Shown here one piece after another: positions 26,741 to 34,608 of a stretch of DNA of 49,589 bases. The notes under the pieces were generated by a model. It ran no database searches. It was not told where the DNA came from and saw only the letters and a list, made by a program, of their open reading frames with translations. Where the stretch lies: contig CAZCXF010000005.1 of assembly GCA_964502615.1 (NCBI GenBank), positions 3,956 to 53,544 of the forward strand. Reading direction: 5' to 3'. Each line of letters begins with the position of its first letter. Position 1 is the stretch's first letter. Source of the DNA: an uncultured Candidatus Saccharibacteria bacterium (lineage in GTDB: Bacteria; Patescibacteriota; Minisyncoccia; Phycocordibacterales; UBA9973). A program made the position numbers and the translations under genes.

Positions 26741-27858
26741 AAACAATAAAAGACATAGAAAAACTTTCTGGTAAACGTGTACTTGTACGTGTTGATTTCA
26801 ATGTTCCTATAAAAGATGGAAAAGTTTTAGATGATTTTAGAATAAAAAAAGCTTTACCAACAATTGAGTATCTTACCCAAAAAGGAGCAATTGTTATACT
26901 AATGGCTCATTTAGGAGATGATGGAAAAGAGAGTCTTAAGGCCGTAGCACTAAAGCTAAAGAAATATTTACCCAAAATTATATTCATAGATGGGCCTATA
27001 TTTTCTGACGAAACTGAAAATACAATTAAAAAAGCAAAGAAAAAAGACGTTATTTTGCTTCAAAATATGCGAAGTGAGACTGGTGAAAAAAATAATTCGC
27101 CTTCATTTGCAAGAGCACTTTCAAGGTATGGAGAAGTTTATGTAAATGATGCCTTTTCAGTAAGTCACAGAGCGCATGCTTCTATCATAGGCATTACAAA
27201 ATATTTACCAGGATACGCAGGATTTCAACTTGAAAAGGAAATAAATAATCTATCAAAATCTTTTTCACCCGAACATCCATTTTTATTTATACTTGGGGGA
27301 GCAAAGTTTAGTACTAAAATGCCATTAATTAAAAAATTCCTCCGTGAAGCCGACAATGTTTTTATTGGGGGAGCACTCGCTAATGACTTCTTCCGAGCTC
27401 GTGGATATGAAGTAGGAACTTCTCTTGTTGAAGATGGTAATTATGAAATAAAGAATTTAATGAAGAGCAAAAATCTAATTTTACCTACTGACGTAGAAGC
27501 TGCTCTGGGCAAAAAAAATAGATTTATAAAACCTGATGAAGTAAATAAAGATGAATGTATTGTTGATATGGGGACAAAGAGCATTGAGCAATTAAAAGAT
27601 TTAATCAAGAAGTCAAAATTTGTCCTTTGGAATGGACCACTTGGTAAATACGAGACAGGTTTTGGTGGAGCAACAGAAGAAGTTCTAAAATTCTTAGCAA
27701 AATCCAATGTCCATAGCATAATTGGTGGGGGAGATACAGTAGAACTTATATCTAAATTAAAACTTGAAAACAAACTCGGCTTTGTATCTACAGGTGGTGG
27801 CGCAACACTCGAATTTCTAACTAAAGGTACACTTCCGGGAATTAAAGTTTTGAAATAA
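26737..27858 (+). CDS. pgk: Phosphoglycerate kinase
   Basis: RVDFNVP, MAHLG, NDAFSVSHRAHAS, GGAKFSTK, STGGGA. Confidence 0.9.
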   Translation: MKTIKDIEKLSGKRVLVRVDFNVPIKDGKVLDDFRIKKALPTIEYLTQKGAIVILMAHLGDDGKESLKAVALKLKKYLPKIIFIDGPIFSDETENTIKKAKKKDVILLQNMRSETGEKNNSPSFARALSRYGEVYVNDAFSVSHRAHASIIGITKYLPGYAGFQLEKEINNLSKSFSPEHPFLFILGGAKFSTKMPLIKKFLREADNVFIGGALANDFFRARGYEVGTSLVEDGNYEIKNLMKSKNLILPTDVEAALGKKNRFIKPDEVNKDECIVDMGTKSIEQLKDLIKKSKFVLWNGPLGKYETGFGGATEEVLKFLAKSNVHSIIGGGDTVELISKLKLENKLGFVSTGGGATLEFLTKGTLPGIKVLK

Positions 27859-27886
27859 GATTTCTTGTTTGTGCTACAATCATAAA

Positions 27887-29539
27887 ATGCCAAACCATAC
27901 TGAACTACTTGAATTATTGCTTAAAAATCGTGGAATAAAGGAAGAAGATAGGGACAAGTTTTTAAATCCATTATACGAGCACCTATATGATCCATATCTA
28001 TTAAAAGATATGGAAAAATCTTGCGTGCGGATTTTTGAGGCAATTGAGGGAAATGAAAAAATAGTTATTTATAGCGATTATGATTGTGACGGAATTCCAG
28101 CAGCAGTCATAATGTATGATTTTTTAAAAAAGATTGGATACAATAATTTTTCTGTTTATATTCCACATAGGCACGATGAAGGATATGGACTTCACCTTGA
28201 TGCTATAAATGAATTTATCAAAGACCAAATTAATCTACTAATCACTTTTGATCTTGGTATAACTGCAGTTAATGAGGTTGCACAGGCACAAGCCTCTGGA
28301 ATTGATGTTATTATTACAGACCACCATTTACCACAGGAAAGTATACCTAATGCATTTGCGATAATAAATCCAAAACAAAGTGGATGTGAGTATTCCGATA
28401 AAATGCTCTGTGGTGGAGGACTTTCTTTTAAACTCGTCCAGGCTTTGGTTAAAAAGTATGGCGAGTATTGGAAGGTAAATGAAGGTTGGGAAAAATGGCT
28501 TCTTGATATGGCTGGTGTTGCAACTCTCGCTGATCAGGTACCACTAGTAGATGAAAATAGGATTTTGGCATATTACGGATTAAAAGTTTTACAAAAAGGC
28601 AGACGCCCAGGGTTGATTGAACTTTTTCGTGAGGCTAAGGTTGATATAAAAAATATTAGCGAAGAAGATGTAACCTTTACTCTTGCTCCCAGGTTAAATG
28701 CAGCTTCTCGGATGGGGGACCCAATGCGAGCTTTTGAATTGCTTGCAACAGAGAATTTTGTAGAAGCTAAAACTCTCGCCTCACATTTGGCAGATATAAA
28801 CAACGAAAGGAAACTCTCAGTTGCGCATATAATGAAAGATGTTAAAAAACTACTCTCAAAAAGAGAAGAGAAATCTATAATAGTAATTGGTAATCCTTCT
28901 TGGAGAGTTGGTGTACTTGGACTTGTTGCCTCAAAAATAGTTGAAGAGTATAAAAAGCCAGCGTTTGTATGGGGAAGTGAAGGGAGCGATATCATTCGTG
29001 GGTCTTGTCGCGGATGGGGAAGTATAAATCTAGTTGAGCAGATGACCAATCTGCCAGAAAATACTTTTCTTGATTTTGGAGGTCATGCTATGGCTGGAGG
29101 ATTTTCAGTTTCGCATGAGGAGATTCATTTCTTAGAAGAGAGATTGCTTAAAGTCTTTGATGGGATTACAGATCAAAAGGAAATTAAAACTGATCAACCA
29201 ATTGATGCAAAAATAAACATTAATGATGTAACAATGGAAAATTATAATGTAATCGAAAAACTTGCCCCATATGGAGCAGGGAATCCAAAACCCACATTTC
29301 TATTTGAAGATCTCGCTATAACTGAAATAAAAGAATTTGGTAAAGATAAAAACCACTTAGAATTGATGTTTTTGAATAGTAAAGGTAGACCAGTCAAAGC
29401 TATTTCATTCTTTAAAACACGAGAGAGTTTCGGTAGGTCACTCACAGCTGGAGAAAAGATAAATCTAATAGCAACATTTGAAAAAAGTACATTTGCTGGT
29501 CGAACCGAGCTACGACTTAGAATTGTTGATATACTATAG
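27887..29539 (+). CDS. recJ: Single-stranded-DNA-specific exonuclease RecJ
   Basis: DHH family motifs DYDCDGI, HRHDEGYG, ITDHHLP and the DHHA1 motif GGHAMAGG. Start taken at MPNHTELL (alternative ATG at 27869). Confidence 0.85.
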   Translation: MPNHTELLELLLKNRGIKEEDRDKFLNPLYEHLYDPYLLKDMEKSCVRIFEAIEGNEKIVIYSDYDCDGIPAAVIMYDFLKKIGYNNFSVYIPHRHDEGYGLHLDAINEFIKDQINLLITFDLGITAVNEVAQAQASGIDVIITDHHLPQESIPNAFAIINPKQSGCEYSDKMLCGGGLSFKLVQALVKKYGEYWKVNEGWEKWLLDMAGVATLADQVPLVDENRILAYYGLKVLQKGRRPGLIELFREAKVDIKNISEEDVTFTLAPRLNAASRMGDPMRAFELLATENFVEAKTLASHLADINNERKLSVAHIMKDVKKLLSKREEKSIIVIGNPSWRVGVLGLVASKIVEEYKKPAFVWGSEGSDIIRGSCRGWGSINLVEQMTNLPENTFLDFGGHAMAGGFSVSHEEIHFLEERLLKVFDGITDQKEIKTDQPIDAKININDVTMENYNVIEKLAPYGAGNPKPTFLFEDLAITEIKEFGKDKNHLELMFLNSKGRPVKAISFFKTRESFGRSLTAGEKINLIATFEKSTFAGRTELRLRIVDIL

Positions 29540-29544
29540 AATAT

Positions 29545-30012
29545 ATGAGTAAAGAAATAGAAATATATACAGATGGTTCATCACTAGGCAATCCGGGTCC
29601 TGGAGGCTACGGTGTGGTTGTAGTAGAAAATGAAAAAGTTATTAAAGAATTTGGTGGATACGAAAAAGATACTACCAATAATCGTATGGAGCTTACTGGA
29701 GCAATAGAGGCACTTGAATATATAAATAAAAATCATAAGGGTGATAATGTCACTATATATTCCGATTCCACTTATGTATTAGGTGGAGTGACTACTTGGA
29801 TACACGGTTGGGAGAAAAATGGCTGGAAAACTGCAAACAAGAAACCAGTTCTAAATCAAGATCTTTGGCAAGCACTAATTACGCTCGTGAGAGTTTTTGA
29901 AGGAAGTCTAAAATGGGAAAAAGTAAAAGGTCACAACGGACACATCCACAACGAACGCGCAGATGAAATAGCGAAACAACATTCAGCCGTCCAGAAGAAT
30001 AAGTTTCGGTAA
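29545..30012 (+). CDS. rnhA: Ribonuclease HI
   Basis: IYTDGSSLGNPGPGGYG, NNRMELTGAIEAL, IYSDSTYV, HNERADEIA. Confidence 0.9.
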   Translation: MSKEIEIYTDGSSLGNPGPGGYGVVVVENEKVIKEFGGYEKDTTNNRMELTGAIEALEYINKNHKGDNVTIYSDSTYVLGGVTTWIHGWEKNGWKTANKKPVLNQDLWQALITLVRVFEGSLKWEKVKGHNGHIHNERADEIAKQHSAVQKNKFR

Positions 30013-30089
30013 TATATAATTTTATTCGCGCTTTACCCTCTCTACGGGGGCTCCGACACGACTCATAAAATCATATATTACCTTCACAT

Positions 30090-31385
30090 ATGATTTTGAA
30101 GAAAGAAATTTTTGTAATAGTAGTTTTAATTTTTATTGCAATTGTGCGATTTTTCTTTTTTCTACCAAAGCCTATGTCTTATGGTAGTGCTATAGGGAAA
30201 AAAGTATTTGTTGAGGGGATAGTGGTTAATGCTCCAGACATACGGCTAAATAATCAGCGCCTTACAATTAGACCTACCAATCAAGATTCAAACATTCTCG
30301 TTGTAACTTCTAAAGATATAAAATTATCTTATGGAGATAAGATAAAAGCTATTGGGATTCTTGAAACTCCTGAGAATTTTGTCACCGCATCTGGCAAAGA
30401 GTTCAATTATGAGAGGTATCTAGCAAACCAAGACATATATTTTATTATTAAAAATGCTGAAGTAGAAATAATTTCACACAACAATGACTCTAAAATAATT
30501 TCTCTGCTATATCGATTTCGCAATGCTTTTATGGAAAATATTGAAAGGGTTATAAATCCACCTAAAAGCGATCTTGCCAATGGATTAGTCCTTGGATCTC
30601 GTGGGGGATTTGATAATAATACTAAAAACGAATTTATAAATACTGGAACTATCCATATAATTGCACTCTCTGGTTACAATGTCACCATTGTTGCTGAAAA
30701 TGTTATGAAGATTTTCGGATTAGTTTTTGCTCAAACCATTTCTATAATATTGGGAATATTTGTAATAATTTTATTTATACTACTTGCTGGAGCATCATCT
30801 ACTGCAATACGAGCGGGAATTATGGCATCCATTGCTCTTTTTGCACGGATGACTGGGCGCAAATACGATGCAGGGCGTGGACTTGTGACCGCAGGTTTTC
30901 TAATGATTGCCTATGATCCTAGGGTTGTTACTGATATATCATTCCAACTTTCTTTTATCGCCACATTTGGTGTCCTTTTTATAACTCCTAAGGTGATTGG
31001 TTGGGTAAAATTTATACCGATGCGTTTTGGATTTCGAGAACTTGTAGCAACGACACTAGGTGCAACTATTGCAGTACTACCAATACTATTATATTCGACT
31101 GGAATACTGTCTATCGTATCAATACCTGCAAATATTTTAATCCTACCACTCATACCTCTAACAATGTTCTTTGTATTCATTACGGGTGTATTGGGATTTG
31201 TTTCAACGCTACTTTCTATTCCATTTGCATACATTGCTCACCTACTCCTTTCGTATATTTTAGGAATGATTCACTTTTTTGCATCGTTGCCATTTGCAAG
31301 TATTACAATTTTCTATTTTCCACTAATAATTACCATAGTTCTATATGCTTTTATAGCTTGGTGGGTCTTCATAAAAAAGCCTTGA
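30090..31385 (+). CDS. comEC: ComEC/Rec2 DNA-uptake channel, N-terminal OB (DUF4131) plus competence domain only (no MBL domain)
   Basis: OB-fold region (VFVEGIVVNAPDIRLNNQRLTI...LSYGDKIKAIGILETPENF...FNYERYL), then the polytopic competence domain with FINTGTIHIIALSGYNV. The ORF ends after the last TM helix. Confidence 0.8.
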   Translation: MILKKEIFVIVVLIFIAIVRFFFFLPKPMSYGSAIGKKVFVEGIVVNAPDIRLNNQRLTIRPTNQDSNILVVTSKDIKLSYGDKIKAIGILETPENFVTASGKEFNYERYLANQDIYFIIKNAEVEIISHNNDSKIISLLYRFRNAFMENIERVINPPKSDLANGLVLGSRGGFDNNTKNEFINTGTIHIIALSGYNVTIVAENVMKIFGLVFAQTISIILGIFVIILFILLAGASSTAIRAGIMASIALFARMTGRKYDAGRGLVTAGFLMIAYDPRVVTDISFQLSFIATFGVLFITPKVIGWVKFIPMRFGFRELVATTLGATIAVLPILLYSTGILSIVSIPANILILPLIPLTMFFVFITGVLGFVSTLLSIPFAYIAHLLLSYILGMIHFFASLPFASITIFYFPLIITIVLYAFIAWWVFIKKP

Positions 31386-31409
31386 CATGTTTTTATATAA
31401 GAGTAATAT
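31382..31409 (+). promoter_or_regulatory. Near-consensus promoter immediately after comEC
   Basis: TTGACA (31382-31387, overlapping the comEC stop), 16 nt spacer, TAATAT (31404-31409). No credible CDS follows. Confidence 0.4.
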
Positions 31410-31415
31410 ATCACG

Positions 31416-31727
31416 CATATACATTGTACCTACCCAGTTATCGTTCCCAAGCTAGGGTAGTTGTTCGAAGGGAACAAAACCAATTTTCAACTTCCAATTA
31501 TGAAGAAACAAAAATTCATTTGGATGAAAGCTGCTGCTGTTTTTGCACTATTCGCAAGGCCACCTGGCTGCTGAAATTTATTGGTTTTAAGTGTACAGTT
31601 TCCAGATCCATGTTGCTTATATCCCTCAACTAGGCATGAGTCCACTATGGGATTACATGGAGCAATCCAGGAAACACGCACATCATTCAGGGCCTTCCTT
31701 TACAGGGAGGCCTTTGTTTTTTTATTT
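31416..31727 (+). ncRNA. Candidate ~310-nt structured RNA of unknown class
   Basis: Bounded by the promoter above and a strong + strand intrinsic terminator. Visibly more G+C-rich than the flanks. Has H-type pseudoknot potential near the 5' end and a long imperfect hairpin at 31594-31671. Only a 24-codon SD-less sORF is present. Confidence 0.4.
31691..31727 (+). terminator. Intrinsic terminator, + strand orientation
   Basis: GGCCTTCC (31691-31698) pairs with GGGAGGCC (31705-31712), loop TTTACA, then TTTGTTTTTTTATTTT. On the minus strand (sod) the hairpin has no following U-tract. Confidence 0.6.
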
Positions 31728-32309
31728 TGCTTTATTAAAGTTTTCTTCTATTACACTCCAGTTTAAATTCTCAAAAAAAGTTTCAATATATTTTTTCTTC
31801 TCACTAGTAGGGTAGTCGTAGACATATGCATGTTCCCACATATCAAGAGCAAGTATCATACTACAACCGTTTAGCTGGCCTAAATGTTGCTCGTCTACCC
31901 ATGAAGCAAGAAATCTATTATCTTTTTTGTCATACCAAAGTACAGCCCAGCCGACTCCTCGTGTAAGTGCAAGCCCGGTAAATTCTTTTACAAATTTTTC
32001 ATATGTACCGAAAAGTCCTAGTAATTTTTTCCCTAATTCACTCTCGGGGTTAAACGCTTTTGCACCATCTGAAAGAGAAGAAAAGTAGATCTCGTGGTTG
32101 CGCATACCGTTATACTCAAAACTAAATCTACGAAAGAGTTCTCCCACGATATAAGGATCTTTTTCAGTATCAAGGGTTGCCATTTTTTCCATAATTAAAT
32201 TAACATTTTTTACATATCCAGAATAAAGCTTCAAATGCTCCTCGATATTTTTTGCTGAAATACCTTTTAATTCACCAATATTAAATTTCTTTTCTTCAAA
32301 TTTTTCCAT
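31722..32309 (-). CDS. sod: Fe/Mn superoxide dismutase
   Basis: C-terminal LDMWEHAYVYDY metal-ligand motif, NHEIYF, and an N-terminal helical hairpin with His. Start taken at MEKFEEKKF (the ORF-track start at 32339 adds 10 implausible residues). Confidence 0.8.
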   Translation of the reverse strand: MEKFEEKKFNIGELKGISAKNIEEHLKLYSGYVKNVNLIMEKMATLDTEKDPYIVGELFRRFSFEYNGMRNHEIYFSSLSDGAKAFNPESELGKKLLGLFGTYEKFVKEFTGLALTRGVGWAVLWYDKKDNRFLASWVDEQHLGQLNGCSMILALDMWEHAYVYDYPTSEKKKYIETFFENLNWSVIEENFNKAK

Positions 32310-32348
32310 ATAAAAAATAATCCAAGCAAAGCTTTTCAAGAAAAAATG

Positions 32349-32398
32349 TCTGGCCTGCCGGCGCGTAAGCGCGGACAGGAGATCCGAGGACTTTTTTA
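32349..32398. other. Isolated GC-rich hairpin flanked by an A-run and a T-run
   Basis: CCTGCCGGCGCGTAAGCGCGGACAGG (CCTG/CAGG and GCGC/GCGC stems), preceded by AAAAAA and followed by CTTTTTT. Lies between the divergent sod and MBL genes. Confidence 0.35.
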
Positions 32399-32427
32399 TT
32401 GATAAGGTTTGCGTTTAATACTAATAT
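32399..32427 (+). promoter_or_regulatory. Candidate promoter of the MBL gene
   Basis: TTGATA, 17 nt spacer, TAATAT. The -10 ends 12 nt before the ATG, so the mRNA would be near-leaderless. Confidence 0.35.
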
Positions 32428-32439
32428 AGATAGTATATC

Positions 32440-33306
32440 ATGAAAAATATTCGCAAATATTTACCATATATACTCTTACTTTTTCTAGTTTTATCGGCTA
32501 TTTATATATGCTACTTCCTAGTTGGTTATCGTATTAATAGCAATATATTAAAGGTTGCATTCTTAGATATTGGTCAAGGCGACTCGATATATATCGAAGC
32601 CCCAAACGGGAAACAAATGCTAATTGACGCCGGTCCAAGTCCAGTTGTATTGCAGAAACTCTCAGATGTTATGCCTTTTGGTGACAGGTCAATTGATCTT
32701 GTTTTAGCTACTCATACGGATGCTGATCATATAGGAGGATTTACATCAGTTTTAGATAAATACAAGGTTGATCAGATAATTGAAAATGGGGCAGATAATA
32801 CAACTAAGACTTATAAAAATCTTGAGGATAAAATAAAAGAGCAAGATATAAAAAAGTTAATTGCTCGTCGCGGTATGAAAATAATTCTCGACAAAGAGCA
32901 CAACGTTTATTTTGATATATTATTTCCCAATCGAGATATTTCAAATTTTGAATCAAACGATGGATCGATAGTAGGGAAGCTGGTTTATGGCAATGAGTCT
33001 TTTATGTTTACCGGTGATGCCACCAAATATACTGAGAGCTTGATTATGGATAACGAGAGTAAAAAAACTCTACATTCGCAAGTTTTAAAACTTGGTCACC
33101 ATGGATCAAAACATTCTTCTAGCGAGTCTTGGCTTAAAGAAGTTAAGCCTGATATTGCAATAATCTCAGCAGGTTTGAAAAATAGGTACGGTCATCCACA
33201 TCAAGAAGTTTTAGATCTATTAAGTAGTTTACATATTCCATATTTAGGTACTTATCAACATGGGACGATTGTTTTTAAAACTGATGGTCTAAAACTTTCA
33301 TACTAA
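32440..33306 (+). CDS. Stand-alone ComEC-type metallo-beta-lactamase domain protein with N-terminal TM anchor
   Basis: LDIGQGDSIYIE..MLIDAGP, ATHTDADHIGG, LGHHGSKHSSS, AIISAGLKNRYGHPHQEVL. This is the pattern of the ComEC C-terminal MBL nuclease domain. Confidence 0.8.
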   Translation: MKNIRKYLPYILLLFLVLSAIYICYFLVGYRINSNILKVAFLDIGQGDSIYIEAPNGKQMLIDAGPSPVVLQKLSDVMPFGDRSIDLVLATHTDADHIGGFTSVLDKYKVDQIIENGADNTTKTYKNLEDKIKEQDIKKLIARRGMKIILDKEHNVYFDILFPNRDISNFESNDGSIVGKLVYGNESFMFTGDATKYTESLIMDNESKKTLHSQVLKLGHHGSKHSSSESWLKEVKPDIAIISAGLKNRYGHPHQEVLDLLSSLHIPYLGTYQHGTIVFKTDGLKLSY

Positions 33307-33518
33307 AAAATTACCTCCCGAAGAGTCGGGAGGTTGCCTAAGGCTAATTATGTGAGATACGTAACTGTGCACGATTTTAGTTGCGCGCTTACGTGCATAC
33401 TACTATCTTTTGGTTTACCTGAATATATTTCAGATCTAACAAGCGTTCCGAGCAAACGTTATCCCTTCGGAACTCTCGGAGCTAGTAGTCAGGGGCAGTT
33501 ACCAAAGGAAATCAACTT
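33304..33518 (-). ncRNA. Candidate ~200-nt structured RNA of unknown class (or structured rpmB 3' UTR)
   Basis: An extended -10-like TGGTAAAAT (minus strand, 33525-33533) lies upstream. Several 6-7 bp hairpins: TCCGAG/CTCGGA, ATCTGAA/TTCAGGT, TGCACG/CGTGCA. Ends in a minus-oriented intrinsic terminator (33313-33334 plus U-tract at 33304-33312). G+C-enriched, with no ORF. Confidence 0.4.
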
Positions 33519-33556
33519 GTTTTAATTTTACCACTAATATGTATTCAAACAAAATA

Positions 33557-33582
33557 AAATCCTCACTAGTTTGTGAGGATTT
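33557..33582. terminator. Bidirectional-type hairpin terminator after rpmB
   Basis: AAATCCTCAC pairs with GTGAGGATTT, with A/T runs on both sides. Confidence 0.6.
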
Positions 33583-33827
33583 TATTTTATAACTCCGGCT
33601 TTCTTGAGGACATTGTATGCACCTCTTTTATTTATTGTTTTAATTGCATGAGTTGATAAGACGAGAGGGAAGTACTTTTTTAGTTCAGGAACATAGACGC
33701 GCTTCTTCTGAAGGTTTACATATTTGCGAACCTTGCCAGTTGGGTTGAATTTTGTAGCACGAACAACGTTGGAGTATCCTCCACCCATGATTGAACCCTT
33801 TTTAGTTATTGCACAAACTTTTGCCAT
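33582..33827 (-). CDS. rpmB: 50S ribosomal protein L28
   Basis: MAKVCAITKKGSIMGGGYSNVVRATKFNPTGKVRKYVNLQKKR. Start at the internal Met, because the ORF-track N-terminal extension overlaps the divergent gene. Confidence 0.85.
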   Translation of the reverse strand: MAKVCAITKKGSIMGGGYSNVVRATKFNPTGKVRKYVNLQKKRVYVPELKKYFPLVLSTHAIKTINKRGAYNVLKKAGVIK

Positions 33828-33861
33828 ATGTGAGCCCCATGCTATCATATAAACCATAGCT

Positions 33862-34491
33862 ATGCAAGCCATCGACGGAATATTTTATGTAATAGTGCTA
33901 ATTATGTCTGTAGTAGTTCATGAATTCGCTCATGGTTATAGTGCGTACTTACTTGGGGATAATACAGCACGTCTTAGCGGAAGGCTAACCCTAAATCCAC
34001 TAAAACACCTAGATCCTTTTGGGTCTGTTATACTGCCGCTCCTTTTAATACTTTCTCAAGCAGGGTTTGTGATAGGTTGGGCAAGACCTGTACCATACAA
34101 TCCTGAAAATTTACGCAATCTTAGAAAAGGTACATTCATCGTAGCTTTTGCTGGTATTTTCGCAAATATCATACTTGCAGTTATTTTTGGACTTCTAATT
34201 AGATTTGCTCCAGGTCTTGGTTTTGATGCATCACAATATAGCGCATTTTATAAAATCACGAGTATCATAGTTCTGACTAATTTAGTTTTGGCTATTTTTA
34301 ATCTAATACCTATTCCACCCCTTGATGGATCAAAAATTTTATTTTCGATTCTACCAACAAGATTTAGATATATCGAGAACTTCCTTGAGAAATGGGGGAT
34401 GTTTCTACTCTTGTTTTTCATAATATTCCTTTGGGGTAAAGTAGCCCCTATTATATTTATTGCCTTCTCTTTTATAACTGGTATTCACTAG
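33862..34491 (+). CDS. Site-2 protease family (peptidase M50) membrane metalloprotease
   Basis: HEFAHG zinc motif in TM1 and NLIPIPPLDGSKIL (LDG motif). About 6 TM helices. Confidence 0.8.
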   Translation: MQAIDGIFYVIVLIMSVVVHEFAHGYSAYLLGDNTARLSGRLTLNPLKHLDPFGSVILPLLLILSQAGFVIGWARPVPYNPENLRNLRKGTFIVAFAGIFANIILAVIFGLLIRFAPGLGFDASQYSAFYKITSIIVLTNLVLAIFNLIPIPPLDGSKILFSILPTRFRYIENFLEKWGMFLLLFFIIFLWGKVAPIIFIAFSFITGIH

Positions 34492-34528
34492 GCTGTAACC
34501 CTTCAAAATATACTTATTTGAGGTGGCC

Positions 34529-34557
34529 TTGCATTTTTAGAACCTATATAGTAAAGT
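34529..34557 (+). promoter_or_regulatory. Candidate promoter of rpsL-rpsG
   Basis: TTGCAT, 17 nt spacer, TAAAGT, about 50 nt upstream of rpsL. Confidence 0.35.
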
Positions 34558-34608
34558 ATTCTGACTAGTCCAAAACGCGACTATTTTTGTTTTAAGCTAA
34601 ATTCATAA

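Noticed and set aside
27441-29049. 150-aa and 158-aa minus-strand ORFs (27441-27893, 28573-29049)
   Set aside because: They are antisense to pgk and recJ, which have unambiguous family motifs. Their Ser/Pro/Phe-rich low-complexity translations are typical of shadow ORFs.
31500-31574. 24-codon sORF MKKQKFIWMKAAAVFALFARPPGC inside the candidate RNA
   Set aside because: It has no SD or other translation signal and no recognisable peptide family. It is kept only as a remote alternative (a small signal-peptide-like product) to the ncRNA interpretation.
31001-31815. + strand ORFs 31001-31633 (210 aa), 31581-31766 and 31591-31815
   Set aside because: The first is an alternative frame of the comEC 3' part that runs on into the non-coding region. 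The others cross a terminator and the antisense of sod. Their translations are Cys/Tyr/Phe-rich nonsense.
31416-33518. Assigning the two candidate RNAs to RNase P, SRP/4.5S, tmRNA or a tRNA
   Set aside because: I could not find the diagnostic motifs on either strand: GGAAAGUCC/ACAGAA for RNase P, GNAR-capped GGAAGCAGC-type helix 8 for SRP, a tRNA-like CCA end with a tag ORF for tmRNA, or a T-loop GGTTCGAATCC. The partial resemblances (GAUGAAAGCUG, GUCAGGGGC, CC-GAAG-GG) fail on the required pairing partners.
33828-33872. N-terminal extension of rpmB (MACIAMVYMIAWGSH)
   Set aside because: The L28 homology starts at MAKVCAITKKG. The extension overlaps the divergent M50 protease start.
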